From the NCBI GenBank assembly GCA_016219925.1, contig JACRJU010000001.1, positions 1-63,199 of the forward strand: a stretch of 63,199 nt of DNA, in the 5' to 3' direction. The notes beneath the pieces were generated by a model that worked only from the letters and a program-made list of their open reading frames with translations, searched no databases and was not told the origin of the DNA. Shown in pieces: positions 8,386 to 16,869 of this stretch. Numbering within the stretch: the stretch's first letter is position 1; each line of letters starts with the position of its first letter. Origin of the DNA: Candidatus Uhrbacteria bacterium (GTDB taxonomy: Bacteria > Patescibacteriota > Patescibacteriia > UBA9934 > GWF2-40-263). A program made the translations under genes and the position numbers.

Positions 8386-10861
8386 ACGCTTCTTTTATTC
8401 GCTCCGTCAATCTTTTCAATCCTTTCTCTGCAAACGCCCCCGGGTTGGAGATCGGTGTCACGGACGGATACGCCGCCTGTGCCACCGTTTGCAAATTCAC
8501 ATCATCTTCCGGTCCAATAAGAAATAAATCAATGGGAATCCCCATCTCCTGCAATCGTTTGGTTGATTGTTTCACCGCACGGGGGTTGTCCGAATCTCCA
8601 TCGGCAGTGGCAATCACAAAACGTCGTGTTTTCCATCCGTGCTTTTGCAAGGCCGGCTTTTGCTTTCGCATCTCATCCTGTTCGCGCAGAGAAACGGCGA
8701 TCTGTTTTTCAATCAGCGCGAGCGCGGCATGATCCGGCGTTGATCCGCCCGCTCCCGCATCCAAAGCACGATAAAGGATCAACTGTTCTTTTGGCCCCCA
8801 ATTTTCCGTTAGAGGAAGAACGATCTCTGTTTCTGCCCCAAGCACAACCACGCTAATCTTAACCGGCATGGGCGCCTTGAGTTTGTGCTGGGACTTTCGT
8901 GCCGTCACCGAGGCGTTCATGCACGAATCAACGAGCAAAAATACCATATCGCGCTGGGCATCAACTTTTTTCACTCCGCCAAGCGTCTCATCCATAGACC
9001 CGCTCATGTCAGCCGACACATAAACCTCATACCCGCCGAACCATTTTTCTTTTTTCCGATCCGTTTCCTCCCGCTTGCCGATCAACGGATCTTTTTCTCC
9101 AGCCAGGATTTCAATATAGCCGGATACAAGTTCGTCTGGATCGATTTCGTCCATTTTGCTCATTTGCACCGGTCCGCGATCAACAATCGCTTCACGGACA
9201 TTTTCACGCACAAGCGTCTGCCACTGACGATCCGCATCCAAAAGAACGCGCGCATACTTTTTGCGAAGCGTCGCGATCTTTTCCAGCACCTCTCGCGCCT
9301 GCTCGGGCGTGCACTCGGCCTCGCGCGCGTAGCGCAAAATGGGATCCTCTTCCTCCTTTTGTTTTAATTCCTCTTGCTCCAACTCCTCAAGTTTCTTATC
9401 CAATGCTTCCTGACTCATGAGCTCGGCCTCCTGCGCCCCATAATCCCCCTCGCCTAAATCTTCCTGTTGCTCTTCTTGATCGACATTTGGATCACCCGCA
9501 GGCGTAGCGTCAAGCCGCACCCACTCGTGTGAACCCGTATCCCAAGCAAACGCCCATGCATGGCGATTGCTCTCAAGTAACAAGGCCTCGCCCGCCTTTG
9601 ACTTTGTGCGCACACTGTGCCCGCCGGCAAACCGCGCGTGCAAACCAAGTTTCGTCAACAGTCGAACGAGGAGCGTATTCGATTCATCGCATTTGGCCTT
9701 TTTGTGTTCCCAAATTTTTTCAAAATACGCGGACGAATCCGCTTTATAAACACCTTCCCACTGAGGATCCTGATCATACTCAAGATGTTTGTGAATGATC
9801 GAAGCGATGCGGCGTGTTTTGATGCCGTCTGAAACATTTTGCGACATCACTTCCTGTGCCGCCTCGAGAAGCTCCGGCGGAAAACGGTCGTTAACTTCTT
9901 CGATCGTTTCATCCGGCGGCGCAAGATCAATCGCATCCGCTGAAGGAGCAATCACAACCGAAAACGTACCCGATGTTTCATCGCCAACGCGCACGCGCAC
10001 AATGCCGTCCTGATCGCTCTCAACAACCGCGTTATCAAACCCCTGAAAACTCGCGACATCCACTCCCCACCTGCGCGGCAGTTTCACTTTTCCGTGACCA
10101 TTTTGCACGCGCGAGCGGTACACGCGTTTGCGCGACACCTCAAGCGATTGGCTCTCCACCTCTTGAAATTGCCGTGGAGATTTTTTCCAGGTGAGCGTTG
10201 CGGGATCATAACGATCATACACATCATCCATCACATACCCTCCCTGAAACGGCGCGATGGTTGCCACCGCCTCGTCCGACAAGCCCTCGCCCTGTTCCTG
10301 CTGTGGCCCGCGGTGTGGGGAGTATTCGTCTTCGTTATTCTCACCGGTCACGTCCGTGCCATCGGCCTTCTCGGTTGATTCAACCGCCTTCTGCACGAGC
10401 CGTCTGTCACGCGAGCGCAAAAATTCCAAGCGCGGCAGGAGCTTGTTCTGAACATAATTCGCTTTAATATCAAAGCCAATATCCGAGTCGGCAAGTGCGG
10501 CAAAAAGGTTTACTGACCCATCGCCGACTTTCATTTTCTGAAGCCCCGCAAGATGTCTTTGGACGATTGGATCTAATCCAAACTCGTTTGCGTCCGCTTG
10601 AGGATCATGAAGCAAACGCCGCATCCCATCAAAAAAATCCCGTTCGCTTGGAAGCGCGTCGCGATCCACTCGAACGGATCGTCCAAGCAGATGTCCCTCC
10701 ACGAGCGAACGCACATCCGCTGGGATCGTCTGTTTCCATTCTTTGTATCCGCGCAGATGTTCTTTAGAAACAACAACATCCGGAGCAGTCTCCTGTTCTG
10801 TTTTGGTTTCCGTTTTAATGCCGAGCGCCTCCAGCGGCACCTGTTGTTCAGGAGTAGGCAT
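8366..10861 (-). CDS. large multidomain protein with a transglutaminase-like cysteine protease core and a C-terminal vWA domain
   Basis: 831 aa. The Cys-His-Asp core is KCDESNTLLVRLL ... NRHAWAFAW ... WVRLDATP. An acidic coiled-coil linker follows. The vWA MIDAS motif is VYVSADMSGSMDE (DxSxS). Confidence 0.7.
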   Translation of the reverse strand: MPTPEQQVPLEALGIKTETKTEQETAPDVVVSKEHLRGYKEWKQTIPADVRSLVEGHLLGRSVRVDRDALPSERDFFDGMRRLLHDPQADANEFGLDPIVQRHLAGLQKMKVGDGSVNLFAALADSDIGFDIKANYVQNKLLPRLEFLRSRDRRLVQKAVESTEKADGTDVTGENNEDEYSPHRGPQQEQGEGLSDEAVATIAPFQGGYVMDDVYDRYDPATLTWKKSPRQFQEVESQSLEVSRKRVYRSRVQNGHGKVKLPRRWGVDVASFQGFDNAVVESDQDGIVRVRVGDETSGTFSVVIAPSADAIDLAPPDETIEEVNDRFPPELLEAAQEVMSQNVSDGIKTRRIASIIHKHLEYDQDPQWEGVYKADSSAYFEKIWEHKKAKCDESNTLLVRLLTKLGLHARFAGGHSVRTKSKAGEALLLESNRHAWAFAWDTGSHEWVRLDATPAGDPNVDQEEQQEDLGEGDYGAQEAELMSQEALDKKLEELEQEELKQKEEEDPILRYAREAECTPEQAREVLEKIATLRKKYARVLLDADRQWQTLVRENVREAIVDRGPVQMSKMDEIDPDELVSGYIEILAGEKDPLIGKREETDRKKEKWFGGYEVYVSADMSGSMDETLGGVKKVDAQRDMVFLLVDSCMNASVTARKSQHKLKAPMPVKISVVVLGAETEIVLPLTENWGPKEQLILYRALDAGAGGSTPDHAALALIEKQIAVSLREQDEMRKQKPALQKHGWKTRRFVIATADGDSDNPRAVKQSTKRLQEMGIPIDLFLIGPEDDVNLQTVAQAAYPSVTPISNPGAFAEKGLKRLTERIKEAYAHPRH

Positions 10862-10912
10862 ATCACTTCTGAAATCTTAGCAAAACTCGATAAGATTTGC
10901 GTAGAAATCTAC

Positions 10913-12040
10913 TTAGAGAACAAAATTCAAATAATTTTCCGGATGAATCACATCAAAAGTTGCGTGCGGGTACGCATCCTGAAATACACCTGGAACACGT
11001 GTTTTCTTTTGAGATGCCCATTTGAATTCGTAAGCGCGCACTTGCCCTTCCCCTTCCTCTATCAAATCAATCTCCTGACCTTCATAAGTGCGCCAAAAAT
11101 ACGGTGTTGCAAAGATACTCTGATAAGAACGTTTTTTCAATCGTTCTATGAATAAGAAATTTTCCCATAGTTCGCCAACATCAGACCGCTGAGTGAGATC
11201 ATTAAATTGAGAAATGATAGCGTTACGAAGTCCAGTGTCATAAAAATAATACTTGCTTTTTCTCACGACTTCACTTCGCAAGTTTCGACTGAATCCTCCA
11301 ACGCGAATAACCACAAAGGCTTTTTCAAGCAGATCGAGATAACGTTGAACCGTCTTGACTGAAAGCCCAAGCTGACGCGCTAACTCTTGATAAGAGACTT
11401 CTTTTCCGATCTGAAACGCAAGCAGTTTCAAAAGATCCAATAGATACTTTGAGCTCTTAATTTTCTCGAGTGCGAGAATATCTTTTAGAAGATACGCCTC
11501 TGAAAGTTCTGTTAATAGTTCTCGTTTTTGCACTTTGGTTTGTGCAGTTAATATCTCCGGATAACTTCCAAATACCAACAAATCCGGTACATGTTCTTTG
11601 AGTTCAAATTGATTCTGCTCAAAATTTAACTCAATCTGTGAAACCGGAAAAAGGGTGAGGGTTCGTTTCCTCCCTGTGAGTGGCTCACCGATTTGGTTTG
11701 AGAGTTCAAAAGATGATGAACCAGTGGCAATGACCCTTATATCCGGTCTTTGATCAACAATGATCTTCAATCCTGTTCCGATGTTTGGTATCTGTTGTGC
11801 TTCATCAATAACAAAAAGATCGTAACCTTCCAGGTATGAAAGAATCGTCGGAAAATCTTGTGATGATAGAATTTGGCGTGTACGAATGTTATCTCCGGAG
11901 TCAAATTTATACTTAAATTTTGTCTGTTTTAAGTAGGCATTTATTATCGTTGTCTTCCCAACACGTCTTGGACCATAAATAACAAGAACACGACCTGGTA
12001 GCAAAAACTGCTCAAAATCTTGATAAATGCGTTGAATCAT
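10913..12040 (-). CDS. AAA-type ATPase (AAA_14/DUF4143-like)
   Basis: 375 aa with Walker A GPRRVGKTT and Walker B LFVIDEAQ, plus a C-terminal DUF4143-like region. AT-rich, about 37% GC on a 60-nt hand count. Confidence 0.75.
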   Translation of the reverse strand: MIQRIYQDFEQFLLPGRVLVIYGPRRVGKTTIINAYLKQTKFKYKFDSGDNIRTRQILSSQDFPTILSYLEGYDLFVIDEAQQIPNIGTGLKIIVDQRPDIRVIATGSSSFELSNQIGEPLTGRKRTLTLFPVSQIELNFEQNQFELKEHVPDLLVFGSYPEILTAQTKVQKRELLTELSEAYLLKDILALEKIKSSKYLLDLLKLLAFQIGKEVSYQELARQLGLSVKTVQRYLDLLEKAFVVIRVGGFSRNLRSEVVRKSKYYFYDTGLRNAIISQFNDLTQRSDVGELWENFLFIERLKKRSYQSIFATPYFWRTYEGQEIDLIEEGEGQVRAYEFKWASQKKTRVPGVFQDAYPHATFDVIHPENYLNFVL

Positions 12041-12048
12041 ACTTAAAC

Positions 12049-12077
12049 ATGGTATCGTAAATCCACATTTTTGTCAA
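12049..12077 (-). promoter_or_regulatory. sigma70-like promoter for the AAA ATPase gene, giving a near-leaderless transcript
   Basis: Minus strand reads TTGACA (12077-12072), a 17-nt spacer, then TACCAT (12054-12049). The -10 element ends 8 nt before the ATG at 12040 and there is no SD. Confidence 0.4.
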
Positions 12078-12100
12078 AATTTATGGATTATGGATTGCGC

Positions 12101-12228
12101 CGGGAGAGCACGAGACGCACGCCCAGATTGTCATTGCGATTGTCTCGATGATCCTTGTCAACGTTCGCGGCTCCACCGTTGTCGCGGTTACCGCCATTGA
12201 GACCATTGCGGTGGCCGTCGTCGTGCGC
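12101..12228 (-). repeat. DGR template repeat (TR)
   Basis: 128 bp aligned without gaps to 13891-14018 (offset 1790). All 18 mismatches are T on the plus strand here, which is A on the coding minus strand. In the VR frame it encodes 8 Asn (AAC/AAT) codons. It is non-coding, with an in-frame stop upstream. Confidence 0.9.
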
Positions 12229-12441
12229 TCCCTGTGTGCGTGGCCAAATATTCCACCAAACGACGACGCATCATCGCTTTGCCTTTCTTCGCCTCGCGCA
12301 CCGCAATCTTCAACATCCATTTGCAAGCGCACGCGATATTGAATCGCTTCTCGCCACACAAACGGACAGGGGTAAACGGCGCAAAAGCAGTCGAAACCAC
12401 TCATGCGTTCTCTAGCCGACCGACTTTATCGTACCCTATAA

Positions 12442-13410
12442 TCACAATAAAAAACAAAAAGACTGAAGGAGCCGCTTATCAAGCTCACGCCTGGCGGTTC
12501 CTATGAGCAGTCCATTGTAACTCGCCAAAGTATCGTGGCTATGGATATGCCGCATCATCCTTTGTCGCGTGGACGGCCGTAAAACCTGATGATCAGAAAA
12601 TAAAACATGACCAAGCCAATCTATTCCCCACGAAGTTTTACGAATAATGATTTTTTTAGGATGTAGTCGCAACTTTAATTTATTTTCCAAACACGACGCG
12701 ATCGGTACAATCAGATCAGTTGCGTCTTTTTTTGTCTGGCAAATCGCAAGGAAATCATCGGCATAACGAACATAATGTCTCAACTTCAAATCGTGCTTTA
12801 TGTGACGGTCGAGTTCATGCAAATACACGTTTGCAAACAGCTGGCTCGTGAGGTTCCCAATAGGAAGACCTCGTCCGGCTTGTGTCGAATAACTTTCAAT
12901 AATCACCTTTAACAAAGCGGATAATCGGCAATCATAGACGTTTCGTGATAAAAGCGAAAAAAGGATAGTGTGATCAACAGAGTCAAAAAATTTCTGTACA
13001 TCACATTTGAGAACCCAGCACTCGCGCGACCAATTTTTTGTTGCCTGCCTCAAAGCTCTGTGAACAGCATGGATGGATCTGTGCTGACCCAAACCCGGAC
13101 GGCAGGAGAATGAACAATCGAGCCAGCGACAATGAAAAGCCGGAAAAAGCGTATTGTAAACAAGACGGTGCACAATTCTATCGCGAACGGCGGCTTTATG
13201 GATCACTCGACGTTTCGGATCATGTACAATAAAGCGACTGTAACTTTCATGAACGTAAGAACCCGTAGAAAGGTCACGCCAAATCGAAATTAATTCGTCT
13301 TCAAGATTCGCGGCAAAAAACTGAACATCTTGTTTTTTCATCTTGCCTTTGCTGAAATCTAACCACGCTTGATAAACATTTTCTATCTTAATTATGTCTT
13401 CAAAACACAT
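12442..13410 (-). CDS. DGR reverse transcriptase
   Basis: 322 aa. RT motifs are DVQKFFDSVDH, LPIGNLTSQLFANVYL (the DGR-specific I/LGxxxSQ signature) and YVRYADDFL. Confidence 0.9.
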   Translation of the reverse strand: MCFEDIIKIENVYQAWLDFSKGKMKKQDVQFFAANLEDELISIWRDLSTGSYVHESYSRFIVHDPKRRVIHKAAVRDRIVHRLVYNTLFPAFHCRWLDCSFSCRPGLGQHRSIHAVHRALRQATKNWSRECWVLKCDVQKFFDSVDHTILFSLLSRNVYDCRLSALLKVIIESYSTQAGRGLPIGNLTSQLFANVYLHELDRHIKHDLKLRHYVRYADDFLAICQTKKDATDLIVPIASCLENKLKLRLHPKKIIIRKTSWGIDWLGHVLFSDHQVLRPSTRQRMMRHIHSHDTLASYNGLLIGTARRELDKRLLQSFCFLL

Positions 13411-13439
13411 ACATCAACAAACATTCATCGAGAACTTAC

Positions 13440-13850
13440 GTGAACTGTCCAGTAACACGCCCCCCCCCCGCTACGGACAAATTATCCGCTATCCCGATCA
13501 TTCATGAGCTCGGTTGTCTTTATCTCATCCTCCACAACGCGATTCGTGATTTTCAAAAGCTTGAGCGATTCACGCTTGGCACGATGATTGAAAAGATACT
13601 GCTTGAATGTATCAAAAACTGTTTTATTTCTACCATGGCTCCACCAGAACAAAAGTTCGATGAACTCATTCACGCGTCTGCGCTGTTTGATACTTTAAAA
13701 CTTTACATCAGAATCGCGGTGAATGTTCACTGCTTAGAACAGAAAACGTACATCAAACTCATCCCGCGTTTAGGAGAAATCGGACGTATGCTTGGTGGTT
13801 GGTTGCAAAAAACAAAATCACTAAATCCAAACACAAGTTCCAAATCTTAA
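13440..13850 (+). CDS. avd: Avd-like accessory protein (four-helix-bundle / 23S rRNA-IVS protein family)
   Basis: 136 aa from a GTG start and predicted all-helical. LYLILHNAIRDFQKLERFTLGTMIEKILLECIKN and a C-terminal IGRMLGGWLQ resemble Avd/four-helix-bundle proteins. It sits between the target and the RT but on the opposite strand. Confidence 0.6.
   Translation: MNCPVTRPPPATDKLSAIPIIHELGCLYLILHNAIRDFQKLERFTLGTMIEKILLECIKNCFISTMAPPEQKFDELIHASALFDTLKLYIRIAVNVHCLEQKTYIKLIPRLGEIGRMLGGWLQKTKSLNPNTSSKS
13460..13469 (+). repeat. C10 homopolymer at the 5' end of the Avd-like gene
   Basis: Ten consecutive C. Losing one C would fuse an upstream ATG ORF (13394) to the Avd-like frame. Confidence 0.9.
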
Positions 13851-13877
13851 TCCAAATTCGATCTCCGATTCCAAATC

Positions 13878-16838
13878 TCATGAAGATTTACGGGAGAGCA
13901 CGAGACGCACGCCCAGATTGTCATAGCGAGCGGCTCGAGGATCCCTGCCAACGCGCGCGGCTCCACCGTCGCCGCGGGAACCGCCAATGAGACCACGGCG
14001 GCGGCCGTCGCCGTGCGCGTAGTAGCCGTCAAAATGAGTCCAGAGGTTTTTGTTGCCGTAGGATTGGGTCTTTGCCGCTCTTGCGTACTCATCATAGCGC
14101 ATGAGACGCAGTTCAAAGTCATCAGGGTTTTGATTGGTGTTTTTAAGAAGTTCTGTGATGACTGCTTTGGCTTGTTGAGATTGGAAACGTTGATCATGAT
14201 TGGTCCAAAGAGCAATGTTTATTCCGTTTCGGGTGATATTTGTGGGGTCTTGGGTGTTAAAGAGGGTTTGAAGAATCTTCTTGGTCTGTGGAGTGAGAGC
14301 CGATTGTTTTTCTTGGTCGTTGGTGTAATCAAATTCAGGGTAATCCATGGCAAGAAGAAAAGCATCTGTGCCGAAGTCTGGGATGTGCTCTTTGGCAATC
14401 TTGAGAAAATCTAGGTCATCATTGTCAATCGTCTGTGCCAGGCGATGCTCCGTAAGAGCTTGAAAGAACCACATGGACTTCTCTGGAATGTTTGGAAGGT
14501 CAGGACAGTTTGTGTTCCATTTGTCTTGAAGAGCTGTTTTGTTTACTTTCCACTTCTCTGTTGTAAGGACCGCGGGCGGAGTCGTTGTGGAGTCAGGATC
14601 TCTATCGCCGATGTTGTAATGAGTGACAAAAGCAGAGTCGCGGTTGTACACGGCCATGAAGATCTCTTGAGCTTTCTCGTGCTTTTCAATCTTGAGTTCA
14701 GAGAAGCCGTATTCTTTTGCTTTGGCTTTGTCGTAGGCAAAGGGAGTGCGGGATTCAGCGTATGCGCCCGGTTCTGGAGTTGGAGGGAGATCAAGATCAT
14801 AAAAATCTCTTAATCTTTCCGGGTCAAAAAAGCTTGGAATGTCATCTTTGGCAACTAAAATGGCTTTGGTCTTGTCCACGGCTTTGGCTGTTTCATCATA
14901 GAGGAATCCCAGAAAGATTCCTTGTTCCGGCATGGTCGCGGGAGCCGTGTCTTTACGCTTGAGGGACATTCCAGGGTCCCAACCGTCCTTGAGTGGCCGT
15001 TTGACGTACTGAAACACGACATCACCCGTGTTTGGATCTAAGAAATCAGTGGCTCGTAAAAGAGGTGGAGGTTCTTTGGCGCGTGGGCGCTCCACATTGG
15101 GATTGAGATAGCCCACGTCTTTTGGAGTCAAAACTCTCGCTCTGGGCTTGCTGACTTCATCAAGATTGAGTTGAGTGGCAAGGATATTGAAAACTTCAAA
15201 GTACTTTCTCACAAGGGTCTGTTCTTCTTGGGGGAATTGTGAGAGGTACTTTTCAAGTTTCGCTTTGAAGAACACGGCAAGGTGCTCTTTGCGGTCGCGT
15301 GGAGAAGCTTTATATTGGTCAATCCAAGAGAGCACAACGCCGGGGTCCAAAATAAAGGAAGAAAGATGAAACTCGGCTTTGGGTTTGGAGGGGTCTTTCT
15401 TATGAAGAACGGTGTCTTGGTGAGAGAATGCTTTAAAGAGTTCTCCCCAAGCCTGTGCAAATCGGTAAAGATACCCCCCGTGTGTGGGGTCTTCATCAAG
15501 ATGGGATTGACCGGTGGCGCCGTCTTTAATCCAAGCCGGTTCTAGCTCATTTGGGGTGACAGCGGTGAGCCGTCCGGTCTTTTGGTCCATGAGGGCGGCG
15601 AGCATCACTTGATACAACTCCGGGTTGTCTTTTGTCTGTTCAAGGTATTCAACATTGATGACGTTTCCGGCAAATTCACGCTTGGTCTCAATACCTGTTT
15701 CCTCTCGGTCGTAGCGTTCAGATGGTGGATTGCCTGCGGCAAGGTAGAGGAACCCCGGTTCAACCGTAACGGTAAGCGGGGTGCCGGGAATAGTCACTTT
15801 ACGTCCGGCTCTGGCTTCTGAAACAAATTTGAGAATCTGTCTTTGAACAGAGGTGGGGCGGGTGTTAAACTCATCGTCAAAAAAGATGCCACCGCCTTTG
15901 GATGGCTGGTCGTCAATGGAAGAGGACTTGCCGGTCATGGCTCGAAGAAGAGGACCGTACTCGTAATAAGTCTTCCCTTCTTGAATGGCCGGGCTTGCGA
16001 GCAAACGCACAAATTTCTCTTGGTCGCCTCCCACCGTGCGTTCTGGCTCTCTTGAGGCGAGCTCCAAAGATGCGGCGCGGGCAAGAGCTGTCTTTCCGGT
16101 ACCGGTTTCCCCCATCATGGCGGCAACCGGACGAGAGGTCAGGGCTCCTTGGAGGACTTCTTGAAGGAGTCTTTGGCGTGACTTAGTCCAAATAAAACCC
16201 GTAGTACGCAGTTGGTCTGCGTAAGATTTTACGGTGTCATATTCAATGAGCGCGGCAACATCGGGATTCTTGTGTTTGATGGCTTCGAGTCTTTGTTCAA
16301 GGTCTTCGACTTTGGATTCGAGAAGCGAACGCTTCATCAGATGCACTGGCTTGGGTTCTTGACCTGAACGTTTGAACATCTCGGAGAGCAGTGCGATGAG
16401 CTTTCCGCGTTCATCATCAAGCTGTTGCTCCAAGGACTTGAACTCTTCGTAGGAGCCGTTCACTTCTTCATTTTCTCTCTCGTGCCGCTTGAGCTCTGAC
16501 CCAAGGGTTTGGGAGACATCGGGATCTTTAAGGAGTCGACGGTATACGGCAAGCGAAAAAGCATAAGATTCATCTTGCTCAAAAATATCTAACAAATCTT
16601 CTCTTTTGACCCGACGTAAATCCTCTTGCAACTGCCGACGTAGAGCATAGGCCCATTCCACTCTCTGCGCTTTGTTTGTGTCTCCATGATCAAATTGTGT
16701 CAAGTAAGCGCTCGCCATCTCTTCGACCTCCTTAGGAACCCCGAGATAATCGACCGGAAGACCCATGATGGTTGAAAAATCATACGCGGGTCGAGCTTCT
16801 TTTGGTTGTTCATGGATTCCTGATGGACGTTCGGACAT
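13878..16838 (-). CDS. DGR target protein: AAA_5/MoxR-like ATPase fused to a C-terminal variable C-type-lectin/FGE-like module
   Basis: 986 aa with Walker A MMGETGTGKT, Walker B GGIFFDDEFN and sensor-like AAGNPP. The C-terminus WTHFDGYYAHGDG...GGSRG...YDNLGVRLVLS carries the VR. Confidence 0.85.
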   Translation of the reverse strand: MSERPSGIHEQPKEARPAYDFSTIMGLPVDYLGVPKEVEEMASAYLTQFDHGDTNKAQRVEWAYALRRQLQEDLRRVKREDLLDIFEQDESYAFSLAVYRRLLKDPDVSQTLGSELKRHERENEEVNGSYEEFKSLEQQLDDERGKLIALLSEMFKRSGQEPKPVHLMKRSLLESKVEDLEQRLEAIKHKNPDVAALIEYDTVKSYADQLRTTGFIWTKSRQRLLQEVLQGALTSRPVAAMMGETGTGKTALARAASLELASREPERTVGGDQEKFVRLLASPAIQEGKTYYEYGPLLRAMTGKSSSIDDQPSKGGGIFFDDEFNTRPTSVQRQILKFVSEARAGRKVTIPGTPLTVTVEPGFLYLAAGNPPSERYDREETGIETKREFAGNVINVEYLEQTKDNPELYQVMLAALMDQKTGRLTAVTPNELEPAWIKDGATGQSHLDEDPTHGGYLYRFAQAWGELFKAFSHQDTVLHKKDPSKPKAEFHLSSFILDPGVVLSWIDQYKASPRDRKEHLAVFFKAKLEKYLSQFPQEEQTLVRKYFEVFNILATQLNLDEVSKPRARVLTPKDVGYLNPNVERPRAKEPPPLLRATDFLDPNTGDVVFQYVKRPLKDGWDPGMSLKRKDTAPATMPEQGIFLGFLYDETAKAVDKTKAILVAKDDIPSFFDPERLRDFYDLDLPPTPEPGAYAESRTPFAYDKAKAKEYGFSELKIEKHEKAQEIFMAVYNRDSAFVTHYNIGDRDPDSTTTPPAVLTTEKWKVNKTALQDKWNTNCPDLPNIPEKSMWFFQALTEHRLAQTIDNDDLDFLKIAKEHIPDFGTDAFLLAMDYPEFDYTNDQEKQSALTPQTKKILQTLFNTQDPTNITRNGINIALWTNHDQRFQSQQAKAVITELLKNTNQNPDDFELRLMRYDEYARAAKTQSYGNKNLWTHFDGYYAHGDGRRRGLIGGSRGDGGAARVGRDPRAARYDNLGVRLVLSRKSS
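13891..14018 (-). repeat. DGR variable repeat (VR) with IMH-like invariant 3' end
   Basis: Forms the last 128 nt of the coding sequence of the 986-aa target (stop at 13878). 14 codons differ from TR. The 34 bp at 13891-13924 are identical to TR 12101-12134. Confidence 0.9.
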
Positions 16839-16869
16839 ACAAGGTCTTTTACAGAGAGATTTCTTTAGA

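Larger units (their letters stand above)
12101..16838 (-). mobile_element. diversity-generating retroelement (DGR) cassette: target gene with VR, Avd-like gene, RT, TR
   Basis: A TR/VR pair with adenine-only mismatches, a DGR-type RT and an Avd-like four-helix-bundle ORF lie within 4.7 kb. Confidence 0.9.

Noticed and set aside
12081-12404. 107-aa minus-strand ORF covering the template repeat
   Set aside because: It is out of frame relative to the VR reading frame. It has low-complexity, odd composition and simply spans the TR and the TR-RT spacer. I treat it as non-coding DGR RNA template.
13847-14215. 122-aa minus-strand ORF overlapping the VR
   Set aside because: It is an alternative frame of the 986-aa target gene's 3' end. 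Its similarity to ORF 12081-12404 only reflects the TR/VR nucleotide repeat.
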